Notes under the pieces: generated by a model
Databases searched by the model: none
Seen by the model: only the letters and a program-made list of their open reading frames with translations
Told to the model about the DNA's origin: nothing
NCBI RefSeq assembly: GCF_964204645.1
Contig: NC_134032.1
Coordinates: forward strand, 14,558,275 to 14,622,274
DNA from: Tubulanus polymorphus
Lineage: Eukaryota; Animalia; Nemertea
DNA length: 64,000 nt
Direction: 5' to 3'
Program-made: the position numbers and the translations under genes
In this document: positions 13,601 through 27,000 of the stretch, one piece after another
Position numbering within the stretch: the stretch's first letter is position 1
How the letters are laid out: each line of letters starts with the position of its first letter

Positions 13601-16600
13601 TCGTGTTTTACATAGATCCGTAAAGGAGATATGTTATCTGTGCGCATGCGTATATACACTGAACAGCTGCATCTTCTATCATTGTCCTCAGAACTTTTCA
13701 TTAAAAAGATTAACTCAGATGATCTTTAGGTTCATATATAGGGTGAATTACTGATTACAATTCGAAGAATTGAATCTGAGAAGAAATCTGGGAGTTGTTG
13801 TCTCATTGCACACTAGCGAACCTGGTGGATCTTCGCTTGCCACGAGTGGAATCATCGATTCCAACAGTCGAATGTAGAGTCCTAATTCCTGCAACATTAA
13901 AAAATCGAGTACTCTTATTTGATGGACGATTGTGCAATCAAGCGTGAAATAATTCATGCTGTATTGTTGAACACAGTGGAACCTCATTACAACGGAACTT
14001 CGCTGAGCCAGAGAAAGTATGTTCGTTATAACCGATAGTTCGTTATATTTAGTATGAAATTATAGTGAAATTCTGTTACTTGGGATGAAATTCTATATAT
14101 TTGTAATATCCGATGAATCGTTGTATCCGAGTTCGTTATAACGAGGTTCCACTATTTGCATATGTGACATGATAGTTAAGATTCTCTAAAATAATTTTTG
14201 GTTATCTTAGATATTATTTGCCGTGTGATGGTTTGAAATGGTTGTATCGTTCGACAACCTAGATGAGTTAACTAACTTTCTTGGTGAAGCAGATAAAATC
14301 GGAATCATTTTCTTTTTTGATCTGAGATTCCAGCTCGGTATCGCCTGCTGCCGATCGCCCGATCATTAATCTCTCGGCGCGTGTCGTCGTACGATCGAAA
14401 CTGACACGATTCGAAATTCTCGAGAAATTTGATTTATGCCCGTTCGTATTTTAATAATTGATTCTAATAAATGACCGTTTTAAAGACTTTCTCTCAGCGC
14501 AGTCGTTACAGTATTATAAATGACCCCATATATCCAGCTTCCTGAATGCGAGGTTTTAATGGAACTACGAGAGCGAACGAACGTTGTGAAACGCGATATT
14601 CTCTTTTTAATGCATTATCAACAGTTTCTGAGAATTAGACAAAATTCTGATTACATTTAGTTTAGATTACGTTTAGTTTCCCTTCAAAATGTCAGTGTAA
14701 AAAGATTTCTCATGCTTGGACCACTGGATAATGATAATCAATTCTGAATGATATATCCAGGTACGGTACCGGACACTTCATATTTAAGATTTGTCATTTT
14801 TTGGAAATGAGCTGCCCCTCAAAAAAGTTCGGCACGGACGAGTAAGCATGCAGATCCATCAGGTTCGAACCCCTGCCGGGGGAGGATGCCATAGTTTGTA
14901 AGGCCCAGCAGCGCAACCCGTTTGAAATCTTAACCGTCAAGTGCTGCCTCTGTACATATCGTAGACGGCGAATACGTGAATTATTTATTACTCGCATGCC
15001 GCAGTAGGAACATCGTACCGTCGAGTTAGTTCCCAGAATTACCGCTATTCTTATATATAGGGGCAGCACCTGACGGTCAATAGATGATAGCAATACTGCG
15101 GTATCTTTTTCGTGTAGCCTCTTCACATTGCTACGGAGCCCGGTGGATACTGGGCCCTTGGTTTATCTGTTCAGGTTCGAACCCGCTTATCGTCTATTCA
15201 ATAGAAGATTCGAGATAATGCCGCATCCGAAATTCTGACCGACTCGTCACAAAGAGTGGAAGAAATAGAAAATAAGCACACAAAATATTATCAATTTTCA
15301 ATTTGTACCTTTATATTTTGTATTTTGCCTAAAAATCTTATCGCATCAAGTACAACAACTGTTTACTGTACAATATATTAATAATTATACGAATAATGAT
15401 CATGTTTTATTTCATGTTGCCCGTTGAGGGTAGGAGGGAGGGTTGGATGAATAGAAAATTACAACCTCAGAGGACACGTTTATCATTCATCTACAGTTTT
15501 AATTCTCGCGTCGTTTCCGTGAATAAGTTACGACACTGAAATTTATAATAAATTCCGATTTTCGATTCTAAATTTCTCGCGTGGAAAAAAAGCTTGAAAA
15601 CGACAACGATTAAATAACAATAATACAACAGAGGAAAAAAAACATTTCATGAACACACTATAAAAATAAAACGAATTCGAGTATAATTTAATGTTAATTT
15701 GAAGAGAGGTGAAAATAAGGCGCAGCATGGTCAGCACGCTGTTGGTTGTATTTACAATCGATAAACGAGTTACAACTTGAATTTTGTAAACTGTTTTATG
15801 AATCTGGTTGAAGTTAGACTAGACAGTAACTGACATTCGTAAAGTAAGGCAGGTTATGAGTGAACGTATTCCGGTTAAGGAATAGCAAAACTCCAGGGTT
15901 GGGTTTCATAGATGTGCAAGCAAAATATTCCCTGGGAACATTTTGAAATTCGTCAGTTATAACCATGGTTTCTCATTGTTACTATGGTGGTTGCTTAACC
16001 AGATTTAGGAGTTATCCGTAGGGATAACTTCGATACGAGTCTATGAAACCGGGCCTAGATTACTGACTCTCAACTCAACCGATAGGTGGAGCGTACCAGA
16101 TGAGAATTCCGTAAACGGTGGAAACCAATCAAAACCTGCCAAAATAAGCTTACAATCACCTGTCCCGGTGAAGGCAAGATTTGCTATAGAACCTTTCTAA
16201 TTCAAAAGATTGAACAATACACATGTGAAAACTATTTAACATTTTAGTCATGGATCTAGTTCCTTAGTATCTCCGTTAAAATTCTCATCCTAAGGCAAAG
16301 ACATTCAAAGTGAACTAATTCAACATTCAGAACTCGAGAGTAAAGAACTTTGGAACCGAGTTCGAACGAATGGCGGCAGATGATTTCGACATTCTTCAAT
16401 TTCAAAGTAAAACAAATAAAACTAGAACCAGGCTTAAGCACCGTAGAATGATTTAACAGTATTTGCACACAACAGAATTCTTACTCTACTTTACGACGTA
16501 CAAGAAATACAAGTGAAATTAATAAACAGACTTTCGGTAAAACCTTTGAAAATCGAACTCAGGGGCAGGTCCAGAGCTCATATCGAGGGGTAGCACCCGA

Positions 16601-17329
16601 TGAAAGGAGCAATAATTATTCAGAAGGGGCACTTAAGTAGCGAAAATGGGTCTGACTGCCCTACCCAAGGAAAATTTTGAAATATGCAAGTCTGATGCCA
16701 TTTCCAAGGATTTGAGCTTGTTTCATCCTAAGAAAAATCACATTAGGAGCCTTTAGACGTCATCAAATTGTGCTGAATTTTTTACGGGAAAGATTTTCCA
16801 GGGCCAACTGAAAATCTAGAGGGTAGCACGTACCCCAGGTGCTGCCCTCTGGACCTGCGCCCGAACTCAACAGAGGGTTAATGTACCGGTGATCTTACCG
16901 ATTACTAAAATCAGTCCAAACTCCATCCAAAACGCAGAGTCTACTGCATAGCTTTGATTTTTGCATAGAAAATATATGAACTGCACCGATCGCGATCGCC
17001 GTTTCGTTTAAACAAGTAAAATTCAAGGATGTTGCGAATTCATCGCGTCGGTTTCGTTCTCCGCTAGAAACGCAGGAATCGAACGCGTCATTCGAGTTTT
17101 CTTCAATCGCAAGGAAGAAAATTATAGGAAATATCAGAATATTACGAGCAGAAATCGAACGATGGGCGGGGATGATAGTCTCGCGGTCAATCTGTCAGTT
17201 CAATTCTACCAGAAATACGTTTAAAATAGAACACGTGAAATGTAAACAGTTTTCTCTACATATTCATACACACATTATTTACATTAGTTACATTAGTAAT
17301 TACATACATAACAGATCATCATTATCAAA

Positions 17330-17710
17330 CTCGCGGAGACCGATACACTAGCACTGATCCCCACTGCTCGCGGAGACCGATACACTAGCACTGATCCCCA
17401 CTGCTCGCGGAGACCGATACACTTGCACTGATCCCCACTGTTAGCGGAGACCGATACACTAGCACTGATCCCCACTGCTCATGGAGACCGATACACTTGC
17501 ACTGATCCCCACTGCTCGCGGAGACCGATACACTTGCACTGATCCCCACTGCTCGCGGAGACCGATACACTAGCACTGATCCCCACTGCTCGCGGAGACA
17601 GATACACAAGCACAGATCCCCACTGCTCGCGGAGACCGATACACTAGCACTGATCCCCACTGCTCGCGGAGACCGATACACTAGCACTGATCCCCACTGC
17701 TCGCGGAGAC
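17330..17710. repeat. Minisatellite, 37-bp unit x ~10, in the probable CLK 3'UTR
   Basis: Unit CTCGCGGAGACCGATACACTAGCACTGATCCCCACTG. Confidence 0.95.
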
Positions 17711-18003
17711 TGGCACAGATTCTCAAACTACAGTTTGATATTACGCTCTGTTCATAATTCATCATTTAAAACTTGATGACGTTTATTAAGAGTTTGTTGT
17801 CGACGCGACGCAGCGCCGACCCCCGAAGAACCACTTGAACGAACCACAACTCGCCGTTTGAATTACCGAGCAAACGTTGTTCCGTCTCATCGACAATCGT
17901 TGTCACGACGACGACGATGGACGATTTCGCCTTTTAAGTACGTTTAGTTGTCGTAAATCTACCAGTAGATGGCGTCAGGTGGTATCATCGGGGCGGCCTC
18001 ATT

Positions 18004-21000
18004 TCATCTGCTCAGACTGTGCGATCGTTCGCGACTGGACGACGAGGTCGGGTTGCCGTTTTTCGCGACGAGGGCGCCCTCTAGACGTTGATGGCTCGGT
18101 AGCGGGTCGAAGAACGGATGTTGTAACGATTCGTCGAGGGAAAGCCTCTGAGATGGGTCGTATTCGAGCATCTTTTCGATCAGATCAAACAGATTACGAT
18201 GTTCTTTAGAATCGTTCATCATATAACGCTGAAAAACAAAACAGAAATTTCGTAAAAATTTATTTCGACGATTCGCGCAAAAGCTGATGAAATAATGTCA
18301 CATACAACGGGACCTCGTAATTTAAGTAATTCTCAACGTTTTGCATTTCCCCGAGAATTGTATTTTTCTAATTTTTCAATTTTCTTATTTCATGTAAAGT
18401 GCATAGATTACTATGGTAGAAAATGCGCTATATCAAGTAAATAGATTATCATTATTATTACTATAATTATCATCGTTACAATGTCTACAATCAGGGCACT
18501 TTCCGGCCATTTACAAATTCCTGAGATTTGCACAATTTTTTCATGTGATTACAGAAAATTCCCCGAGTAAATCAGAGAAGTTTCTTGGTTCAAAATGTTA
18601 CAATTCATTCGATTTTTATGCATCACGGTATTGAAAATATAAAGAAACACGTGGTCGATTGCATTATCCGATCTACCCGAGTTCTCCAGGTTTTTTGATA
18701 GAATTCCCTAAGTTTTCCCCGATTTGTTTCTAGATTTTTCTGATTCCCTGAGTTTTCTAGGTCAGTGGCGCTTCACTGGTGAGTGCCTGAGAAAAGCCCA
18801 TTTGTTATAACCGATAATTAGTTATATCCAGTACGAAGTAAACGTTAGTTGAAAATTCTAAGTTTGCTGTAACGAGGTTCCGCTGTATTTAGGTAATAAA
18901 ATGTTTAGTTGAACTATATTTCCCGAAATGATTGGCCCGACGGTCAGATGCTGTATCGAGGTTCCGCTGTATTTAGGTTATAAAATGTTTAGTTGAACTA
19001 TATTTCCCGAAATGATTGGCCCGACGGTCAGATGCTGTAATGAGGTTCCGCTGTATTTAGGTTATAAAATGTTTAGTTGAACTATATTTCCCGAATTGAT
19101 TGGCCCGACGGTCAGATTTAAACTCGGAAAACTGTAGCACTGAATCCTGGTTTTTAGTCATGATACGGAAAGCAATAAAACACGTCACGAAGCCAACCCC
19201 TTCACCCCCCACTTCCCCGACTGATATTTAACTCTAATGAATCTAACCAAATTCCACAAAACAGATGTAAAATAGATGAGAGCAAGGTTCCTACAATTCC
19301 CGGTATCCAGAATTCAAGGACTTTTCAAGGAATTTTCAAGGAGTAATTTTCAATATTCAAGGATGTTTACGCGGTCATATATAAGGAAAAAAAGTCGAAC
19401 ATTCAAAAACAAAATCCATGTTTTTCTCAAATTTTGATCAGTTGTTGTGTGTGCCGTTTTGGTTTTAATGTTTAAATGTTTTAAATCTCAAAGTGAAACA
19501 ACTTTCACTCACAAGTCACACAGTGAAGAATAATAGAATACACTGTCTTCTGAAAAGGACCTTTTGAAAAATTTTAATAGGACTTTCCCAGAATTTAAGG
19601 AGTTTCAAGGAGTTTATGGATATTTCTCAAAATTGAAGGATTTTCAAGGACCTTGAAAAATATATTCAAAAATCAAGGAGTTTTCAAGGAGTTGTAGGGA
19701 CCCTGGAGAGCTACGATACCATAAACTTTATGTGGAAAATATATTACATGCAGCGTGCAATAGGAGATTGAAAGCTAAGCACATTTAAATATGTGATCCT
19801 CAAGTGTGGGGACGTGGGCCTCTGATAAATGCTCTTCTTACCTGTAGCGGTTTACACAGTTTTTTAACTACCGAAGCTTGGTTACTGTTGCGACTTATCA
19901 ACGTCATCGAATCCGGCTTGAAATAGCGTTTTCTTGAAACGATAAAAAAATTTCGAAAAAATGTCGAAGGTAAGTCGGCGTACGCACTATTAACGGGACT
20001 TCATCGCCGGACTGCGCGTCTAAGTTATTCAATCGAAATCGGATGAAATCGAGCAAGATTTTGAAATTGAAATTTCTCTTTTTTTCAATCAGCGCCGAGA
20101 CTAGACGCTAGTTAATAGAAAATAACGCGCAGCCCGTATGAATAGTTGTCTGTCCGTCCATCTCGGTCAGGATTGAGAAGATCGAGGAAATAAAACAAAA
20201 ACATCAATAAAACTCAGGGTTCTTACAAGATCAGCGAATTAAAACTTAACCCAAATCCACTGACCAAAAATTTTCTGATTAAAATAAAAGATGTTCTCGA
20301 TGAGGGCTTTTTCTTAACCCTTTCAGTGCGTCTACACCGCAGTGCGGTGTATAAATCAGTGATGGATTTTGCTAGTACACCGCACTGCGGTGTATTGATG
20401 TAATTAGTAATTTGTAATTATCTCTATTGAAAAATGGCAGAAAGTGTCAAACATAGTGAAATACTAGTAACTAACGATACACCGCACTGCAGTGTAGACG
20501 CACTATAGTGGTATTCCCATTGTTCAACACACTAGGGTGGAATTTTTTAGAATTTTCAAATTTTCTCCAGCACTATAGGGTATTAATTAGTCAGCACTGA
20601 AAGGGTTAAAGGTTCCCTGAGCCACTCGGCAAGAACAACAAGACGCCAAAAAATTCATCGAATTCCCTCACTTTTCCGTGCGTGCAGTGCAGGGAAAAAT
20701 AAATCCAGAATTCAATGATATTTCCAATTCGTAAGAACCCCGAAAATTGGGCTTTCATGCTGCAAAAAATATAAATAAATGAAATAAAAGTCTATAGCTG
20801 CTACAGAAAAGCTTTTTAACACCTCGAAAATTGACTGAAGACACAGTGCCTGCTAAAACTAAAACAAATTTCAAAAAATATTAGAATATTTCATGAGAAA
20901 AAATCGAATAAATGAAAAAGCTCTTCGCCCGTCGATTATATATTTATATATATATATATATAAAAGCGTAATACGGGTTGTTGACACCAGGGGGCAGCAG

Positions 21001-24000
21001 GGTTAACGCACACGCACACATACAGAACATACCGTTACGATTTAGAGAACGAAAACAAAGCGTTGAAGAAAAAAAAAACAACTAAAATTTCATGCATTAT
21101 TTCAGTCCGAACGTAAAACCAGGTTTCAGTTTTCCGCAATTCATAAAACTGCGATAGCATCGTTTGTTACAACATGCGCGCTATCGTTACGAGACGTCCT
21201 TAAAATCCCGATCACCCTCAACCCCCGCCCTCCGAGCCACTGGGCTGCTGCTGCTGCTGCTGAACCGATTGACTTACGTAAAAGGGTTTACAGTTTTCGC
21301 GCACGTATCGACCGGCTGTGGTCGTAGCGTCCCAGTCTAGTCGGCCGTGCCAATAATAACCAGTTCTATAATATATTACAAACAGTATTACACAAAAACT
21401 TGATTCAACTGTATTACAGTAATACGTGATACGCAGGAGTGAGCGCGGCTTTAAACGGTAATACACACACATAGATAGCGAGCGTGGTTTTATAGAGACC
21501 TAGATCTATTCAATTCCACTGCATTAATGTGAGATCTTTTTCAAATTGTCAAACATCGTTTTAAGTCAATTTAAATTTGCTTAATTGCAACTGTTGAACC
21601 GGGCTCAGTTTTAATATCGTTATTCGAGGTTCAGTTGGTTCAGTTAAAACCTATCTATAAAACCGTGCCCCAGGGGGCGCTGCTAGTGCTGAAGGAGTGA
21701 TTAACTGACAGTACGCCTGTTATGCGGGTTGCGCGTTAGGAAGCCAGGACGGGACAGGGCGGGGCAAGCTGGGCCGGGGCAGGGCAGAGGTTCTGTTGTG
21801 TGGGTTGCCTGTTAAGGGAGCTGGACCGGGGTTCTGTTGTGTGGATGACGTGTTAGGGCCACGTTGGAGCGAGGGACATGCTAGGTTTTTATTTAGAGAT
21901 ACAAATGAAGCCTTCTTGTCGTCGACCTGTGAAGGAATAACATTCAAATTTTGTCGATTAGCAACAATATTGTTCTCTGATACAAAATTTCAGTTTCAAT
22001 CTCAGCCACCTGAACCACACGAATCGTAAACAGCCTGAAACATGAATTGTAATCAGCCTGAAACACAAATCATAATCAGCCTGAAACATGAATCGTAATC
22101 AGCCTGAAACATGAAACGTAATCAGCCTGAAACATGAAACGTAATCAGCCTGAAACATGAATCGTAATCAGCCTGAAACATGAATAGTAATCAGCAACCG
22201 TAATTAAGACTCGGGATGGACAGACAGACATTAAACTCATTTTCATTTACTATGATACGATATTTTGGTTTCAACAAATCAACAAATTAATTCACCAAAG
22301 ATTTCTCAATTTTAAAAATAACTTCTTTTTTTTGTCGAAATGCTTCTAATCTCGACGGGAAAACTTACTTGGATTTTTTTGCCATTCTGTAAGGAATCGA
22401 TCCTAATATTCGTTCCATCATTGCTAGGTGTTCTAAGTTATCGTGTGTCTGAAAATCAAAGAATATTCATTAACACGGTGGCGCCACTCACACTTTATCA
22501 GCTAAGAATCCAATCGATTAACGCAATGCAAGACATTGATGGAAACTGTCTGATTTTGCGCGATCTAACAATTTCAATAAATTCCCAGACCTCTGGGGCC
22601 GGTTCCATAGACAGGACTTAAGACCGGTCTAAGACAAACTTAGTTCTATAGCCAATCTAACAACTTAAGACAAGTCTTAAGGTTTAAGACCACTTTTGGT
22701 CTTAAGTCTCGACTATGGAACCAGCCCCTGGTGTTTTTTTCTTTAAAAAAATTCCCTGATTATTCCTAGACTTTTTTTTATAGCACAGAAAAATTCCCTG
22801 ACTTTTCTCTGATTCCCCCTGGTCAGTGACCGACCTTAATTAGTCACCGACGGTTGAGGTGAGGTACATGTATGAATCTGTGATACAACCTCGCTCACCG
22901 GACATTCTACACCGACTTATAGCATCACGAGACCCTGCCACATTCCTACCCTATTGGACCCAATTCCCTTTTGGAATAGTTTCAGTTGACAACGATGTAT
23001 TCGTGGTTGTGCAGAGGAGGGTAATTGCCACATACCTGGAATAGCGTGTAACCAGTGTATAATTCAAATATAATACAACCAATACTCCACGTATCACAAG
23101 GTTGACTCCAACCTAATTCTATAAAAGACAAACATACAAAAATAATGTTTACTTATATCAAAATTACTGGAACCAGGTTGATCAAGTATCTAACTGACGG
23201 TAGAAAATCCCTGCACACTAAGAATAAAAGAGTCTGAAATGTTTCCTTGAGCTAGTGTAGTTTATTCAACGTTTCGACTTTATCCTAATAGCCATCTTCA
23301 GGAATACTGTATTCCTTGAGCTAGTGTAGTTTATTCAACGTTTCGACTATATCCTAATAGTCATCTTCAGGAATACTGTATTCCTTGAGCTAGTGTAGTT
23401 TATTCAACGTTTCGACTATATCCTAATAGTCATCTTCAGGAATACTGTATTCCTTGAGCTAGTGTAGTTTATTCAACGTTTCGACTTTATCCTAATAGTC
23501 ATCTTCAGGAATACTGTATTCCTTGAGCTAGTGTAGTTTATTCAACGTTTCGACTATATCCTAATAGTCATCTTCAGGAATACTGTATTCCTTGAGCTAG
23601 TGTAGTTTATTCAACGTTTCGACTTTATCCTAATAGTCATCTTCAGGAATACTGTATTCCTTGAGCTAGTGTAGTTTATTCAACGTTTCAACTTTATCCT
23701 AATAGTCATCTTCAGGAATACTGTATTCCCTGACCTAGTGTAGTTTATTCAACGTTTCGACTTTATCCTAATAGTCATCTTCAGGAATACTGTATTCCTT
23801 GAGCTAGTGTAGTTTATTCAACGTTTCGACTTTATCCTAATAGTCATCTTCGGGAATACTGTATTCCTTGAGCTAGTGTAGTTTATTCAACGTTTCGACT
23901 TTATCCTAATAGTCATCTTCAGGAATACTGTATTCCTTGAGCTAGTGTAGTTTATTCAACGTTTCAACTTTATCCTAATAGTCATCTTCAGGAACACTGT

Positions 24001-27000
24001 ATTCCTTTTATTCAATTGATGCTGACATGAAGACATATATGTGTTATGTATGTCCAAAATCCAGAGAGAATGGCCATACCATAAAGAGAATGGCCGCACT
24101 GGACGTAAACAAACTCCTAAAACCTCAAAAGGGATAAAGACTGATTTTTCATCGAATGTTTTACGCGGCCACGGCTGATAACTACTGACCTAATATCACT
24201 TCAGGCGCTCTGTAGTGTCGTGTAGATACGATCGTGCTGTGATGTTCGTGGTCGAACGTCGCCGATCCGAAATCAATCAGTCGTATATCGGTATTCTTCA
24301 CAAAACGAACGTCTTTTTTCTACAGTGAGAAAATATCAACAACAGGCGTTTATGAAGTTTTAAAAAGATGACTTGTCAATTTTTTTTCTCGAAACTCTCG
24401 CACGACCGAAGTCACAAACCTTTTTACTGTTGTAAACCGTGTCATAATCGGAATCGACGAATAAGATATTTTCAGGTTTCAAATCCGTGTGGGTCAATTT
24501 CAGACGATGCAAAACTGTAGAAAAAAAAATAAATTCATAAATCGATGAGTCAAATATTTAAGCCTGATTCGTTACGAGTGCCGCCATCTATTGGCGTACG
24601 GATGACTTACATCTAACGCTATAACACAGTTGATACGCTATATGTCGAACTTGATGCAGTTTATACGGATAATAATTATTATCTTTCTGTAAACGAGAAA
24701 AAATATGAGAATATTAGTAAAAAAACATTCACAAGTTCATCGGCGGCTTCCAAAAAAATGCCAAAGTTTCAGGGTTAACTTGAATCTAGAATCAAAGCAG
24801 CGATAACGGGTTTTCTGCGTTGATGACCGTACAAAGTTTCATCGAAATCAGTCATTATCAGTTCAACCAAAACGGTATTTTTTGGTAGGAGCGCCACCTA
24901 GGGGTCAACACCTGTATTATACATTTGGTTCAAAGAGTACAAACCAGATTTGAGGACAACGGAGAAAACTATACGAACAATGCCACAATTCAGGGTTGAA
25001 TTGGAATAGGTTCATTTTGCATTCGTTTCTAAATCGTGGGTCATATTTAAAACTCTGCATTGACTGTGGGACTGGATTCTGTTTGCTTTCCAACGATAGC
25101 GTCAATGACCTATCTCATTTAAAGACTTTAAAGGACTCTTTTTTACTCCCAATTAATCGTATAAACTTACCAGAAAATCAAACACGCTTAAACCCAACAT
25201 GTCAAACGCGAGGCACATGTGACCGTGATAGTCAAACCAGTCCATCATATGTACACAGAGACTGCAGAAAAAAAAACAAGAAATATTTACAATCTAAAAT
25301 ACTGAAAACAATTGGAAATCAATTTGTAACTAAATTCTGCTGTTCTAAAAAGCGTTTAAAGTTTGCTCTGCTAAAATATCTGACAAAGAACGATTTCTCT
25401 ATTCAACTTTTCCCTCCTCTCCCTTCCCCTGGGGGGTGCCAACCTCTGACAACAGCTATCAATAACGAATAGAATCTTTCTTCAGTATAAACATTTCATA
25501 TAAAATATGAAAGAAAATGTTCGAATCAAGCGATCAACAGTGAGACCCTTCACGAATATCAAAACAAATCGAATCAGTATTTCTCATAATGAAATACCGA
25601 TATTGGCAGCTCTGTTTCTCCTCGTCGTCCCGAAACCTTTCGAATAAACTCACTTCTTTCCTTCGGGATCTTTATCTTGTAGTTTTTCCAGCACGTTGAT
25701 CTCGAGTTTCGCAGCTTCGCGATACTTCGTCACATTCTTTATCACCTTCAACGCGACATCCATTCCATTTCTGTTTAACGAAGAAAAAAAAACATGACAA
25801 CTGAAATATCTAAATGAACCTGTGCAGTGGCTGCGTGAAGGTCTCAAGGTATGATCTGCTGTACTACAGCTTGGCAACACTATGAATTTTCCATGTTACA
25901 GGGTTCTTTTTTTTTATAGATTAGGGATCGAAATTCCTTAAAATTATATATTTCCCCCGACACTTGGACAGATTCCTTGATAAGATATCATCATTGGCAG
26001 CTGTTTCTTATCAAGAGGTTCCTTGTGCCACTGGTCACCAGTCAGAACAACAAGACACCAAAAACACATATTCCCTGATAAGATTATAAGATATCCGCAG
26101 TGCGAACTGATTCTTCTGGTTTATCAAAGAATCATTGATCGTCTTCATATTCCAAACCTCTCATGAATAAATGGTTTCCCATAGTAAACAAGCAGATCAC
26201 ATGCTACTCATATCCAAGTCTCTGATTCGCCAGAGCTGGTCACCTGGTATGCAAATTACCCACATGGTCACTAGCCCTGGCCCCTGATTGGCCAGAGCTA
26301 GTCACATGATGTGCAAATTACCCCAAGGTCACTAACCCTAGCCCCTGATTGGTCAGTGCTGGTCACATGGTATGCAAATTACCAACATGGTCAATAAACC
26401 TAGACCCTGATTGGTCAGTGCTGGTCACCTGGTATGCAAATTACCCACATGGTCACTAACCCTGGCCCCTGATTGGCCAGAGCTGGTCACATGGTGTGCA
26501 AATTACCCCAAGGTCACTTACCCTAGCCCCTGATTGGTCAGTGCTGGTCACATGGTATGCAAATTACCCACATGGTCAATAAACCTAGACCCTGATTGGT
26601 CAGTGCTGGTCACTTGGTATGCAAATTACCTACATGGTCACTAACCCTGGCCCCTGATTGGCCAGAGCTGGTCACATGGTGTGCAAATGACCCCAAGGGA
26701 TTAACCCTAGCCCCTGATTGGTCAGTGCTGGTCACATGGTATGCAAATTAACCACATGGTCACTAACCATAGACCCTGATTGGTCAGTGCTGGTCACATG
26801 GTGTGCAAATTACCCACATGGTCACTAACCATAGACCCTGATTGGTCAGTGCTGGTCACATGGTATAAACAAATAGACCAACCTTGTAGCATGACCAAAT
26901 GTGTCAACATGAATTGACTTGGATTTTTATTGGATTGTTTTTTTTTGTAAAGTTAGATTGATTCTTGTTTGAATAAATTCTTAAAACTTAAAATTTATGG

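Noticed and set aside
17330-17710. 37-bp repeats (also the 40-bp and 41-bp arrays) as CRISPR arrays
   Set aside because: Head-to-tail units with no unique spacers, no cas genes, and a eukaryotic context.
19933-21277. Docking/selector RNA pairings for the mutually exclusive exons
   Set aside because: Only short imperfect complementarities (about 9 of 10 bp) were found by eye, not above chance. Frame incompatibility alone can enforce exclusivity through NMD.
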